This document shows positions 24,096 to 36,500 of a stretch of DNA of 64,000 nt, one piece after another. The notes beneath the pieces are model-generated. The model worked only from the letters and a program-made list of their open reading frames with translations, did no database searches and was not told the DNA's origin. The position numbers and the translations under genes are program-made. The stretch is from Gordius albopunctatus (Eukaryota). Location of the stretch: the NCBI GenBank assembly GCA_964276515.1, contig OZ193909.1, forward strand, positions 15,128,001 through 15,192,000. Reading direction: 5' to 3'. Each line of letters begins with the position of its first letter. Positions within the stretch are counted from its first letter, which is position 1.

Positions 24096-27000
24096 AACGA
24101 TTTGTATAAACGGTACGTGAGTCAAGCCACTCAAACCAATGGGCATTTGATGAATCAACCGAACGTTATAATTCGTTATTCGGAAATATTTTCCGACTTA
24201 TCAAATAACACTCCCGATGCGAGCACAGCTTTGATTTCGCTTGAAAGACCTCACCCGAATACGAAATCTATAGAAGTTATGACCGAACCCATCCCAAAAA
24301 TTGACACCGAATCTCAAGTGAATATTAGAGCTAAAGACACGCGCAATTACAAATATTAGTATTAATCATATATTATTTACAATACATGAAACTTAATTCA
24401 TTTAAATTTTATCATCGTTTCAAAATAATTATTAGAGAACTTTTTAAGGAAAACTCTTGATTCCGAACGTTTTAAGGGCCAAAAATTATCCGAGATATTT
24501 TAAACGTTTATAAAATTTTTCGCAATATTTACTTCATTGACTTAGTTTACTTTTGTATAACATTATCTCATATTATGTATTTATAATATTTAATATTTTT
24601 TGACTCCAGAATTTAATTTTTTAAATTGAGATGAGTTAGATATACTGGTTATTTTACCAATTAATTATATAGGATATCGCACTGTTAAAGTAATATTTTA
24701 TTACCATTTACTTACCCTAACCAACTCTTAAAGGCTGTTTGAAAATACGAAATAAATGTGTTCTAATATATATTTTATAGCCAAATAAATTTAGCATGTT
24801 TAATTTTTATATAAGCCTCTAAATTGTTTTAAGCCTCACCGAAATAGAAACATTTTAGCTGTCAAAAGCCAAGATATTATCCAAAACATTATTTCCAAGA
24901 AATCCTTTAATAAATTTATTCAATATTTTTTATTTATAGCTCTAAAATTTAGCTTTATTTTCTAATTTTTTACACGTTTATGAAGGTGAGTGAATCTTTG
25001 CAAGACTTCAATATGGACAAAAAGAAGCTTGTTGGTAGCGATTACAGCGTAGAATTTGCCATTCGCGATAAATCGACCCAATCTCAAATATCGATATCGG
25101 ACATCACAAATTCCATAAATCAAAGTACCCCAGCCGTGGTAGGGAATGGAGAGCCGTTTAAAAGTTTTGTCGAAGTTAGCCAGACCGATTCCGAGAGCAT
25201 TTATACTAGCCCCGAACCTAGCCCCAGGCATAAGTAAATTTAGTTTGCTGTTGCATCAAAATTAAATTGTTACCACGAGGAAAATATACATATAATTTAA
25301 GCTTAATTCTAACTTTTTAATTAGTTGATAATAACTAAAACCATCCTTGGTCAAGGATAATAAACTTTTTGCGTAAATATTTCATTTATATAAGATTGTT
25401 GTAAAGTGTCAGAGTTATTTTATTGTCATTTGTTCATTTAACAATATGTGGCCATTTAGACTGTGACTACATTCATAAAATATTAATCATTATATATAGT
25501 AATTAATCAATTCAATTTCAAGATTAAATTTGCCCAAACTTTCCATCATCGATGTGAAATGTCCCAATGGGCCATTAATGACGGTGTGTAATACGACAGC
25601 AAACCAGGTCATAGAGCCCAGCTTTGGCCTTATGAGCCCCGATAAATATACACCAATAATCGATTTTTACCAATCTAATTCTCTGTTGAAGAGTCTCAAA
25701 AATCAGACCATTTTCCCGGTGGAAAATCAATTGCAACTACCTTCCAATATAACTCTGGACAAATATAAAGGTCGAAATATGGGGGATAGTAAAATTGAAA
25801 AGCTGGAAAATTTAGTATCCTACGACAATAAACAACCAGTCGATTTACAAGGGAAAGAACATTTAAAACGGGATGATTATGAATTTAAAGGAAAAATTTG
25901 CCAAATTAAAGAAGAAAACTTAGAACCTCCGTTATTTCAAGCGCCAAATCACAATTGCCAAAAGAACAATCAATTAACATTAAATACTATATTAAATTTG
26001 AATCAAAACATGAAATGCTTTACTTCAATCAACGGTAGTGAAGGTGATATTATAGATTTGACCATGATCCCTCTGCCCAAAACTCCCGATCAAGTTAGTT
26101 ATCCCTTGTTTTGCTTTGATAATATTTATATGGACTGGTAGTTAAAAAATACCTAATCTTATAGAGTTTAAATATTTAAAAGTTGTACCAATATAAAAAG
26201 TGTTTTAAAGAACTGGCATAAATAAGTTTGCCACGTTTTAAACCTTGGGCCGCAGTCTTATGAGGCCAGGCTTTATTTATAATTTGAAATTCAGACTTTA
26301 TTACTAAATCTATATTGTCTGTTTTTATTAATTTGTAAAATGCGTACTTAAAAAATTATAGATTATATAGTAACAAAATATTATAGTTACGATTTTTATT
26401 AAGGAATATGCAATTCAATTTCCAGTCAATACAAATTTTTCTCCACCCCCCGACTACATGACTGACGCCTCCAGCAAAAGTAAGTATTTCATCCGTTGGT
26501 ATTGGTAAATATATATCACACAGCCGTGCAAATACAACAATTTTAGGCCCACACCCCGTTTAAAATTGCTTAAAGTCCGCCCCGCTTTGCATGGGCGTAG
26601 CCAGGATTGGATTTAGAGGGGGGCGATAATGATTTAGGCAGGGGCAAAATGATAATTTTTTGGAATTTTTGCGATAATTATCATAAAGTTTGAAGGAATT
26701 TTGAATTTAGAGGGGGCAGCCGCCCCCCCCCTGGCTACGCCTGAGCCGCTTTGCTTACCTTTCCCCCCTCTATCGCTCCAAACTTTTTTATATAATGCCC
26801 GTTAGTGTTGTAATAACCTGGGGTTTGATTAGTCGCCCTTTGGTTTAACTAAGACTAACGCCCGACTTATCAAAAACCCACTAAAATTCTTTGGTCTGCT
26901 CATAAAGCTTCGACTAAGCCTAGAGGTTGACTAAGAAAAACAGACCTAAATTTAAACACTGAAGGTTGACCAAACAAACCCTACGTCTTTTTACAACACA

Positions 27001-28064
27001 AATTCCCGGCCCAACCTGCCTGCAAAATAAATGCCCATAATTCTCTCCAGCAAAATGGTTTATTATCATAGACTAATAGACTGCTCCTTTTAAAAAGTGT
27101 ACCCCATTTTGGCAGCCATTTTAATAATTGAAACATGAATTTCGGCCAATTTATATGGTTTGATAAATTTTTAAAATCGCTATAATGATTAAAATGGGTT
27201 GTTTCATGTTATAGGATCAATGATTATTGTCCAATGCAATCCATCGCTATACAAACCTACTTTACTTATTAAAATGGCGGTCGTTTTTGGCAACACTTTT
27301 GATGGGTGAATATATAAGAGATGAGCAGTCTATTAGTCTATGTTTATTATATATGATGTCATAATAAATCACATAAATTACACTGATGATGATAGATATT
27401 TAGAAGAATAAGTGATTTATATATAGAGGGATTAAGGTGTACTGTAGTGTAATCATAGAGTCTTTTAAAGATGAGTAAGTTAAAAAAACAAATTAATTAT
27501 TTGTATTTGACTTACCCTATTTTTAATTTTTATCTTTGAACACTGGGCTATTCATGCATTTGGAATGGAGATGTACTAAATATTATGGATAAATTTTTGA
27601 TTATATATTTAAGTTTAGGTGTTAAATATCATAAATAGAATAAGGTTCATGTTGGAGAAGATATTCCTTATTGGTTTTTAATTGGATATGTAAGCTCGGC
27701 CGCGCCATTCAGACCTATTTCATTTAAAATTATTTCTCTGATTTAATAACTAAAAAATTTGTTCTAAACAAATAAAATGAATACACATCGCATTAATGGT
27801 TTTATTTTTTATCTGACATAAGGTATCGAAGAAATTCTGTCCAAATATTCCAAAAACATTGATTCCAAATTTATGCAAAGAAGCTATTCCGATAGTATTA
27901 TACAAGATATGAATATACCGAATATCACATATCTCCAAGCTAATTCGAGCAATATTGTGGCATCTCAGGGATTAGCCTACATTTCGCTGTCTTTAGATAA
28001 TTTGTATAATTGCTTCGAACACATCGACAACACTTATAATTCAAATAATTTATACTTCATTTAG
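24096..28064 (+). CDS. Probable further low-complexity C-terminal exons of the FRMPD-like gene
   Basis: Same-strand, higher-GC ORFs in AT-rich background (24102-24359, 24980-25237, 25523-26092 with DIIDLTMIPLPKTPD, 26404-26479 with FSPPPDY, 27822-28064). Splicing not resolved. Confidence 0.5.
26803..27000. mobile_element. Small MITE
   Basis: Inverted ends tagtgttgtaa / ttacaacac; a shorter relative lies at ~42918-42975. Confidence 0.5.
27067..27342. mobile_element. MITE with CATAGAC termini (P-element-like)
   Basis: 20-bp perfect TIR catagactaatagactgctc / gagcagtctattagtctatg and 8-bp TSD tttattat. Confidence 0.85.
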
Positions 28065-28438
28065 TAATTGATACGTGTGCCAGCATCGCATTAACGACAT
28101 CTTACAATAAAATATTAATTACTAACATAAGGAACATCCACCTCTAAACGACGTTGTTCCATAAACTAACGAATACCTTAAAAATATAATATTTCAAAAT
28201 CATGGGTTAAGTTTTCAGTTTTACTAATATTATATTTTTAGTAATTAAATTGTGCAAAAGATCATGATAGACTTAACAACCAACTTATGAGCAATTGAGT
28301 ATTTTGTTTAAAGCTTATTAAATATAAGGTAAAAAATTAAAACTTTGTGCAATCGATAAAGGCGTAGGCTGTCAGTCCTTTCTCCCTACCAAAACTACAA
28401 GTTTTATTCTGTGAAATCTCGGTATTGAATTCGATTAA

Positions 28439-28645
28439 AAAAAAAATTTCCATTAGCTGTTTGTCACACTAAGGTGGTCAGCTTCTTTAGATATTTGGAT
28501 GAGGGGTAATGCTCGGCTATCCAGGCCTGACAGCCGTGCTGACGATGTGGTTTTTTTAATCTTTGAAATAAGTGCCAGAGGCAGGATTGAACCTGCGAGC
28601 TCTTGCTTCAAAGACTAAACCTATACTCACTACGCCACCACGCCC
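28439..28645 (-). mobile_element. tRNA-derived SINE
   Basis: Minus-strand head gggcgtggTGGCGTAGTGAg...GGTTCAATCCtgcc (A and B boxes), T-run tail, and 21-bp TSD ctcggtattgaattcgattaa (28418-28438 and 28646-28666). Confidence 0.85.
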
Positions 28646-29222
28646 CTCGGTATTGAATTCGATTAATTTATAAAAAAAAAATTCCATAGCATTAGCAATT
28701 AATTATTTACAAACCAAACCAGCTTTTATATATTTGCTAGAATTGCAAAGAATTCTTACCTGATAAATATCTAATGTTTATATGCCAAATGCCCGTACGT
28801 AATATGTAATCTAATTTTTAGAAAAGTTATTATTTTAAGCATTAGCGATCTCTGTGCAAATGAAATATAATATAGTAGTTATATTTAATTGCACAAAAAG
28901 CCCCTAGTCATAGATTTGAAAGTGACACTTCCACTCGGGGATATTTTACAAATTAAACTGGTTTAAAGGTTTACGGTTTGTTAATTTTCAGAGAGAAAAA
29001 TGGAAACTGCTCTAATGTCAAAGATCTCAAAGCATTTTATCTAAATAATAACATTAATTTTCCTAGGTTCAATAAAATTTTAGAGACAACAAAGCTGCCT
29101 AGCAGAATTTTAATATAATGGCTTAATAGTGCAGCTTGGAGTTCACAAATTTGAATAAATAAGACTTACATCAACTCACGCCTACGCCACTTTTGAGCGC
29201 ATGCTGAGGATAGGCCTGTAAC

Positions 29223-30690
29223 TAGAGCCCTGCAAAATTGAATTTTATCGGCCCGAGCCCGACCCGAGCCCGAAACTTTTTTTATTTTTTGCCCGAGCCC
29301 GACCCGAGCCCGATTTGTTTTTTTCACTCAGGCCCGACCCGAGCCCGAGCCCGGCCCGACTTTTGTAAAAATTTTAATTTGTACCAATTTTATTTCAAAA
29401 ATTTATTTATAAATATATTACGTATCGCGAATATTATGTGATTTAAAATATAAATAATTATGGTAAATAAATAAAGTGGAGTCTAATTTCTCGGGTTTTA
29501 ACGAAGTCCTTCTCTCTTCGTAAGCTCGCCCAGCTGTAGAAAAGGCTCGCTCACTGCTAGCTGATGTAGCAGGTATTGCCAAATACTTTCTAGCCAAATT
29601 GCTCAAACAAGGAAATTCACTCTGATGCATCTTCCACCATTCCAAAACTTCCATACCATCAATATAATTCGTATTTAAATATTTATGTAATTCATCTTCC
29701 TCAGTTTCGTTATCTATTCTGTGCTCTTCACAACTACTAAACTCTAAAAATTCTTCCTCCATTATATTATCTAGAAAAATAATAAGTGCTTAATGCAAAT
29801 TAAAAAATTACCATGCTCGACGGCTAGACTAGGCGTAACTGTATTAACCGGAGGATTAGCCTTAATCCTTTCCTCCATAATTATTAAATTTCGTATATGA
29901 TGACAAATGTCATCAAATTCATAGCGAGGCAGCATTATTAAATTTCGATACTTTGGATTTAATAATGCGGATAATTTATGAATAATATCAAGTTCAAATT
30001 TTGAATTTAAAAACGAAAGGGCCTTTTTGGCCAAAGTGTTAAACTCTTCGCTAAAAAAGAGTTTTTTCAAACATTCGATTAGTCTGTAATAGCATAAGAG
30101 TACCATGTTAATGGCCGGCTTTGCATCAGCCTCCAATTCATCACTAGCCGTTTTAAATGGCTTCAGAAAATTTATTAGGCTTTTAACTATTTCTATATCG
30201 ATATTCTCAATAATTGCCGAATCACCCCGTGATAGCAAAACAGCCGATATATTATTATATTGGTTGTATATCGACTCTAGCATTTTATATTTGGAGTTCC
30301 ATCTCGTTTCTACTGGCAAATACAAAGTATGTTCAACTTTATTTGTTAGTCTATAAATCATATATGTATGTGACATAGGCATACACATAAAACACACACA
30401 GTCTATTGTCTAAATATATTCTCTATGTAAGAATAGGGTTTAAAAACACGAAACGCGTCTAAATCAAAAACTTAAAATCAAACAAATTAATATATGGGGG
30501 GGGGGGGGTAGTAAAATTCTAAATATTTATTTGTAGGGGGATTATTTTGTATTGTAATTATATTTTGGATTAATATTGATTCAACTTTTTTTTCGGGCTC
30601 GGGCCACGGGTCGGGCTGGCCCATCAGGCCCGATTCAAGCCCGAGGCCCGATCAATGTTTTAAAATTTGCCCGAGCCCGGCCCGAACCCC
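29223..30690 (-). mobile_element. hAT transposon with partial, intron-containing transposase
   Basis: Terminus tagagccctgca and cccgag subterminal repeats. ORFs contain PVETRWNS..ML, PFKTASDELEAD, LLNPKYRNL and WWKMHQSEFPCLSNLARKYLAIPATSASSERAFS; the two ORFs are joined by a short GT-AG intron (29772-29811). Confidence 0.9.
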
Positions 30691-31390
30691 TTCGTTCGTG
30701 GTCTATCGCTCTCAAACACACCTCCACGATCACCCATTCGGTCCTATATTCCATCTAGGTAAAATACAAAAAGATTATTATATTAATCTATAGCGTAACT
30801 GTTCCACGTGTCGCACGTGCCTACCCGGCGAAGCTAGCACTTCTATCTCGTACATTTTAGTACCTTTCTGAGATAGGATCTTATCCTCTAACCATTTTTC
30901 TTCCCTTATATAATTATGCGCCCACACAGCATCACCGATTTTAAATTTAGAATCACCCTGTGATTTTGCGTCCAATTTTACGGCTTGTAACATCGTATCC
31001 ATAGGCGTGTGTGGTAAACGGCCCAGGAATATCTCCCTAACCGGTTGTCGAGAAGGGAACCTTGGTGCCACATTGTGGTAGAGTCGATAAAGCCAAGTCC
31101 CGTCCTTTTCGACCTTAGCGTTCTTTAACCATCGTTTTACGACGGCAACATGCCCTTCCGCGAGTCGTTTCGTACTCGGATGATACGGAGGGCTAAATAA
31201 ATGCTGTATTCCCCATTTACTACAAAATCCACTAAACTCGATGCTGGCAAAAGCGGTGCCGTTGTCGGATACAATCGTCTTCGGTATACCATACGCACCT
31301 CCAAGATTTTTTAAGAAATCGACAACTACTTCCGTAGATGCTCACTTGTTTATATTCAACCCAACTAGAGTGCGCATCTACGAGAATAAT
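30690..31390 (-). mobile_element. Ty3/Gypsy integrase fragment (frameshifted)
   Basis: LVDAHSSWVEY, YGIPKTIVSDNGTAFASIEF..FCSKWGIQHLFSPPYHPS..LAE, FKIGDAVWAHNY and RHVEQLR. Confidence 0.88.
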
Positions 31391-32475
31391 ATATTGTTTT
31401 TGTTAATTCAATGAGAATTCAAGGGATAATAAGAACTTATGATGTTAATTCATTATTCTATGGATGTGGGGAGGATATGATTATTCTCAAGGTTCATAAA
31501 TTTAGGAGATCCAGTATGCCAGGAACACCTTAATACTTTAAATGAAAAATCCACATATCATATCAACCCTTGCCACTAGCTTCCCCAAAACCCAATTTTC
31601 CAAATTCATACCCTCAAACCCTCCATATTTCCCCTTATGACAATTTCCACCTCACCTTCCCAGCTAACCCATTCTTGGAACTAGCTTCCCCCAGAACCCA
31701 CTCCAAGTCCACACCCTCAAACCTATAAATTTCCCTACTGACTATTTCCATCCCATCTCACTCTTACAGCTAGCCCACTTCAAGAGTTTATGGAATGTTA
31801 CACATTGTTGTTGGATATAGTGATGCGGAAAAACCGAGAAAATTCATGTGTAATGGATGATGGTAAGGTCATATCAATGGACGAAACGTTGGCCTTAAAT
31901 ATTTTAGGCTGAAATTTGACTCTTTATCCAGCATTAATAAGGATCTCAATTTGCCTAAATATATAACTAAGTTAAATATAGGTAAACTTATAAATTTATA
32001 AGTCTATATTTGACATACACAGTGAATTTGATACAATTTTAAAATTTGCTAGAACTATAAAATTTAATAAGGTCTTTATTCTAACAATCAGTTAGTATAT
32101 TTATTACATAGAAGTTTCAGCTTTAAAACACTCACAAGAGTACTGGGTTAAACTTATATCTAAAAAGTGTCATTAAACACCACCATTAAGTTCTAAATTT
32201 AATGCACAATTTTACTATGCTCCTTTCGTTCTTTACTTCAATGTCATTTATAGTTTTTTTAATTTGCACTTTCCATATAAAATATTTTTTTAACAATTAA
32301 TTCATATATTATTATTGCCATTGAGATGTTGTGTAGCGCTAAATCTTTAAAAAGTTTGTGTTGTAATGCTTTTAAAAAATATAAAGGCTTGCCATTTGAA
32401 TTTTCCTCAAACACTTACTTAATATTTATAGTAAAACAAAAGAAATTTTTATTCCGTACACAATTTTTTTAAAGT

Positions 32476-32606
32476 CGAGACGAGACGAGAATTCTCGCCG
32501 AGACGAGACGAGATCGAGATTTTTTAGACCGAGACGAGATTTTCATAATCGCTCCAGAGACGAAACGAGATTTTGCTTTCGAGACCGAGACGAGATCGAA
32601 ACACTA
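32476..32606. mobile_element. hAT-like MITE end with cgagacgaga repeats
   Basis: Clustered cgagac repeats ending in cgaaacacta. Confidence 0.5.
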
Positions 32607-33093
32607 GTTGGATCACATGGTCAAAGAACAAAACCAGAGGCAGACTTCATTCTTTAAAGAGAATGATGTCGTATATGTTAAAACGTATATTTGTATATCA
32701 TTTTCTACAGATTATATTATTGCTATAATTATATATTTTAATATTGTAAGTCAAATCTGAGTTGGTAATTACCATATGTTTTTATTCTTATCCATATAAT
32801 TATCCTTTGTTATGTAGTTTCTACACACCGGCCCTAGTGATCAACTAGTGATAAATAAAATTATCTTATTATTATTCCTATTATTAGTATTCTATTATTT
32901 CTAACAAAAAGTTAATGGAGTAAATTGTTATCTAAATATAGCTAGTTAATCAAAGATTCTTGTTTATATAATATTATTAATTTTAATTATAACAGACGAC
33001 TTTTTTTTAAGTGTAACATAGATATTTATGTGGGTGGCCCGTCGACTTGTCGAATTGAATGTCCTAATGTTAAAAAATATCCCCCAATTAGAA

Positions 33094-33470
33094 AATGCCC
33101 CCCCAGTGGCCGTCAACTTGCCGAAAACCATCTCGCCGAATTTAATGTCCCCTGGTTAAAAAAAAAGGTCCCTAATTTTGTGATTTGTTGAATGGGGGAC
33201 GATTTTAAAGTAGGGGACCTTTTTCAATCGGGGGACATTAAATTCGGCGAGATGGTTTTCGCGTGTTGATAGGACACCATGTCCCCCAACGAATAAGCAT
33301 AAATCAATTAATTTCTGATTAAAGTTAAAATAGAGGTATTTTTCATGACAAAATTGATAATTATTATAAAAGGTACTTATTTTATGGCCTTCTTTATGAT
33401 AAAGGAGATGTTCGTTAATGTCCCAAGGTGAATTCGGCAAGATGGTTTTCGGCGAGTTGATAGGGCATCA
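33094..33470. mobile_element. Palindromic MITE immediately upstream of SEC13
   Basis: Inverted arms tcaacttgccgaaaaccatctcgccgaatt versus aattcggcaagatggttttcggcgagttga. Confidence 0.7.
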
Positions 33471-33534
33471 TTTTTGAGGCGTATTGCGTAAACACATGGT
33501 ATTAATGCAAAAAGATTTTGAATGATAGTCAAAC

Positions 33535-36500
33535 ATGGTAACAATTATAACGCTGTTTATAGTTAATATTCATTAGGTAACAGTTACAAACACTATTGAA
33601 ACGGCACACGAAGATATGATAGTATAAAAAGTGTTGCAATTTTTTTTAGTCTATTATAGCATGATGCCCAATTAAATTTTTTTGGAACGAAATTAGCTAC
33701 TTGCTCATCTGATTGCACAATCAAAATTTTTGAGATTGTAAATAGTACTCAAAAATATGTCGCGACACTCAAAGGGTACACTGATAATTGCAGTTAACAA
33801 TAAATATTTAGGCATGAAGGGCCTGTTTGGCAAATAGCTTGGGCTCATCCCTCATTTGGTCACATACTGGCTTCTTGTTCATATGACAAAAAAGTAATTA
33901 TTTGGAGTGAAGTAAATGGTAAATGGGAAAAAACATTTGAGCATTCCTTGCACAAATCTTCTGGTATCTAAAATAAGTTGCTGTATTTAATTATTTTTAG
34001 TAAATTCAATATGCTGGGCACCATATATGCTTGGGCTAATATTAGCCTGTGGTAGCTCTGATGGAGATATTACTATTTTGACATCTAGTAATTGTGATAA
34101 CAATATGTGGGAAGTGCAAAAGATAGAAAATGCTCACGATGTAAATAAAATCCTATAATTTCCTGTCATTATTGTAAACCATATACCTAAATTCATAATT
34201 TAAAGCATGTTATTATATAAACTGTTGTTAAGTATATGTCTGTTATTTAGATTAATATAACAAAGTCTCATAATTAACATTTGCTATTGAATTTAAAAAC
34301 ATTTAAATGTTCTCTACATATTTTGTTAAACTTTACAATTAATTATACCAACAACTATACATATTAAGGCCCCTTTTAAATAAGTTAATTAAAATAATTG
34401 TTATTTTTTAAAATGCTATGAAATTAGATAACTATTAGTAACATAAATATATTTTAATAAATTCCAATCACAAACAAATCTTAATATATATATATAACTG
34501 ATAAATTTAACAATTTAGTTGGGATGCAATGCTGTCAGCTGGTCTCCTGCTACACCTTGCTCAGCATTACTTACAAGCTCCAAAGATATATCAGAAGTTA
34601 AATATTCCAAACAATTTGTCAGTGGTGGATGTGATAATGTTATAAAAATATGGAAGTTAGTTCTATGTACATAGAAGTTTCACATTATAGTTACACCTAT
34701 GAAAATTATAATTTGGAGCACAAACCTGCATAATTATGGACACTGTTCAGAATTATTTGGGGCATCTTGATACATTAAGCTTAAATTGTGAACATTTTTG
34801 AATCAATAATTTTTCAATTTTATTTTTTATATCCTAAATAACATTGTCATTCCTACTAAAATTCACACCCCGAATCAATTTTAATTGGCTCTTAAGATGT
34901 CTTTGTTTAAACAAGGGCATATTATACTTATACCCATAACTGCTTGGATCACCAACTTGTTGGCTCGGGTTTTAGTTAAAATTAAAAGAAGAATAGGCTT
35001 GAAAAGAAATTTGCTTACAGGGATTTGCCTTATGGACATTTAATAATAACTTGCTAGGGTAACACTGGGCCAAAAATAATTAACTTATTAAATCAACTGG
35101 CAAACTGTTTGCACTTTACAGTGGACACAAATATATTTTTAGTTTTTTCCCTATAAGTCAAGTTTTCAAAATATTAGGTGCCCATTTTGTTAAAAATAAT
35201 AATAAATAAAATTCTAGTTTAATAATTTGATTTTGACTTGTTGAATGGTGTATGATTTACTGAAAATGCAATTAATACCGAAACCTTTGCAACTTTTGTA
35301 GGGAAAATGAGGGCAAATGGGAAGAAGAATCTATTCTCGAAGGGCACACCGATTGGGTTAGGGACGTAGCATGGGCCCCTTCTCTCGGCATTGCAGATCA
35401 CGTTATAGCCAGTTGTTCTCAGGTGATTGGCGTTACAAAACAAAAGGGGGGGCATGTGTTCATACTAGTATTATGTCCAACATCCTTTTTGACACTTTAT
35501 GATGTCTCCTATCCGTTTTTTGATATTATATATATACGATGCCAACGATCGTTTGGCATGATTTATATATGAGCGTAGCCAGCATTGGAATTGGTACACG
35601 GGATGATTTAGGGAGGGGCAGCAATGATAATTTTTCGAAATTTTAGCAATAAATTTCAACAAATTTTTGCCTATAGAGGGGGGCAGCCGACCCTCCCGCA
35701 CCTCTTCCCCCCCCCCTTGGCGCCACGCCCATACCGATGTCTGACATGATTTATACGTTAACTATTGTATCCGAGGTTGATTGGTTACAAAAATTATAGA
35801 TTGTTTTCCAACTTGCTACATAAAATATTATGGGGCACGGTCATTTTAAATAGCAATTTCTAATTGTTGAGATCTTTCTTGGAATCTAAACATGGTGGAA
35901 TGAGGGGGGTTTTCTTTTTCCGCCCGTGTTTGTATTTATTTGTCAAACAGAAGGCACCTTTAGTTCCGAAGTTAGGAGGGGATCGAATTAATAAACGTAA
36001 GTGGTTGCGCTTTTGCAACAACTTTCAAACTATAGCCGCTTTTTAATCACACAATTTAGGTCATTATTCATAAATAGTTCATTGGTAAATTTTCCCTATG
36101 TTAACTAGGTTGCCAATGAGATTATCGACATATTGGCTGAATACATTTGAAACACAAGTGTAGTTTCAAAAGTTTCATGAATGTCAAAAAAATAATATCA
36201 TTATAATTACTAGGGTTTTTAAAAAATGAGTTATATTTTGGGGAAAATTAGATTAATATTGATTAAGTCGAATATCAATGTAACTTGTATAGTTTTATCG
36301 CTTTTAAAGTCAACATTTCCTTGCGGTTCAAATCTCAGTACCAAGCTTTGCTTTTTAAAAATTTAATTATATTAAAATTAAGATTCCATGCATAATGTTT
36401 ATATAAACTGTTTTTATTTTTTTATAATTTAACTTTTAAATTATTTTAGTATGGAGGTTCTACGTAAAACGCCTTTGTCCTATTTTTTTAATTATTTTAA

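Noticed and set aside
31850..31895. Second hammerhead-like motif (ggatgatgg...ggacgaaacgttgg)
   Set aside because: The CUGA core is missing and stem II does not pair; at most an old Penelope remnant.
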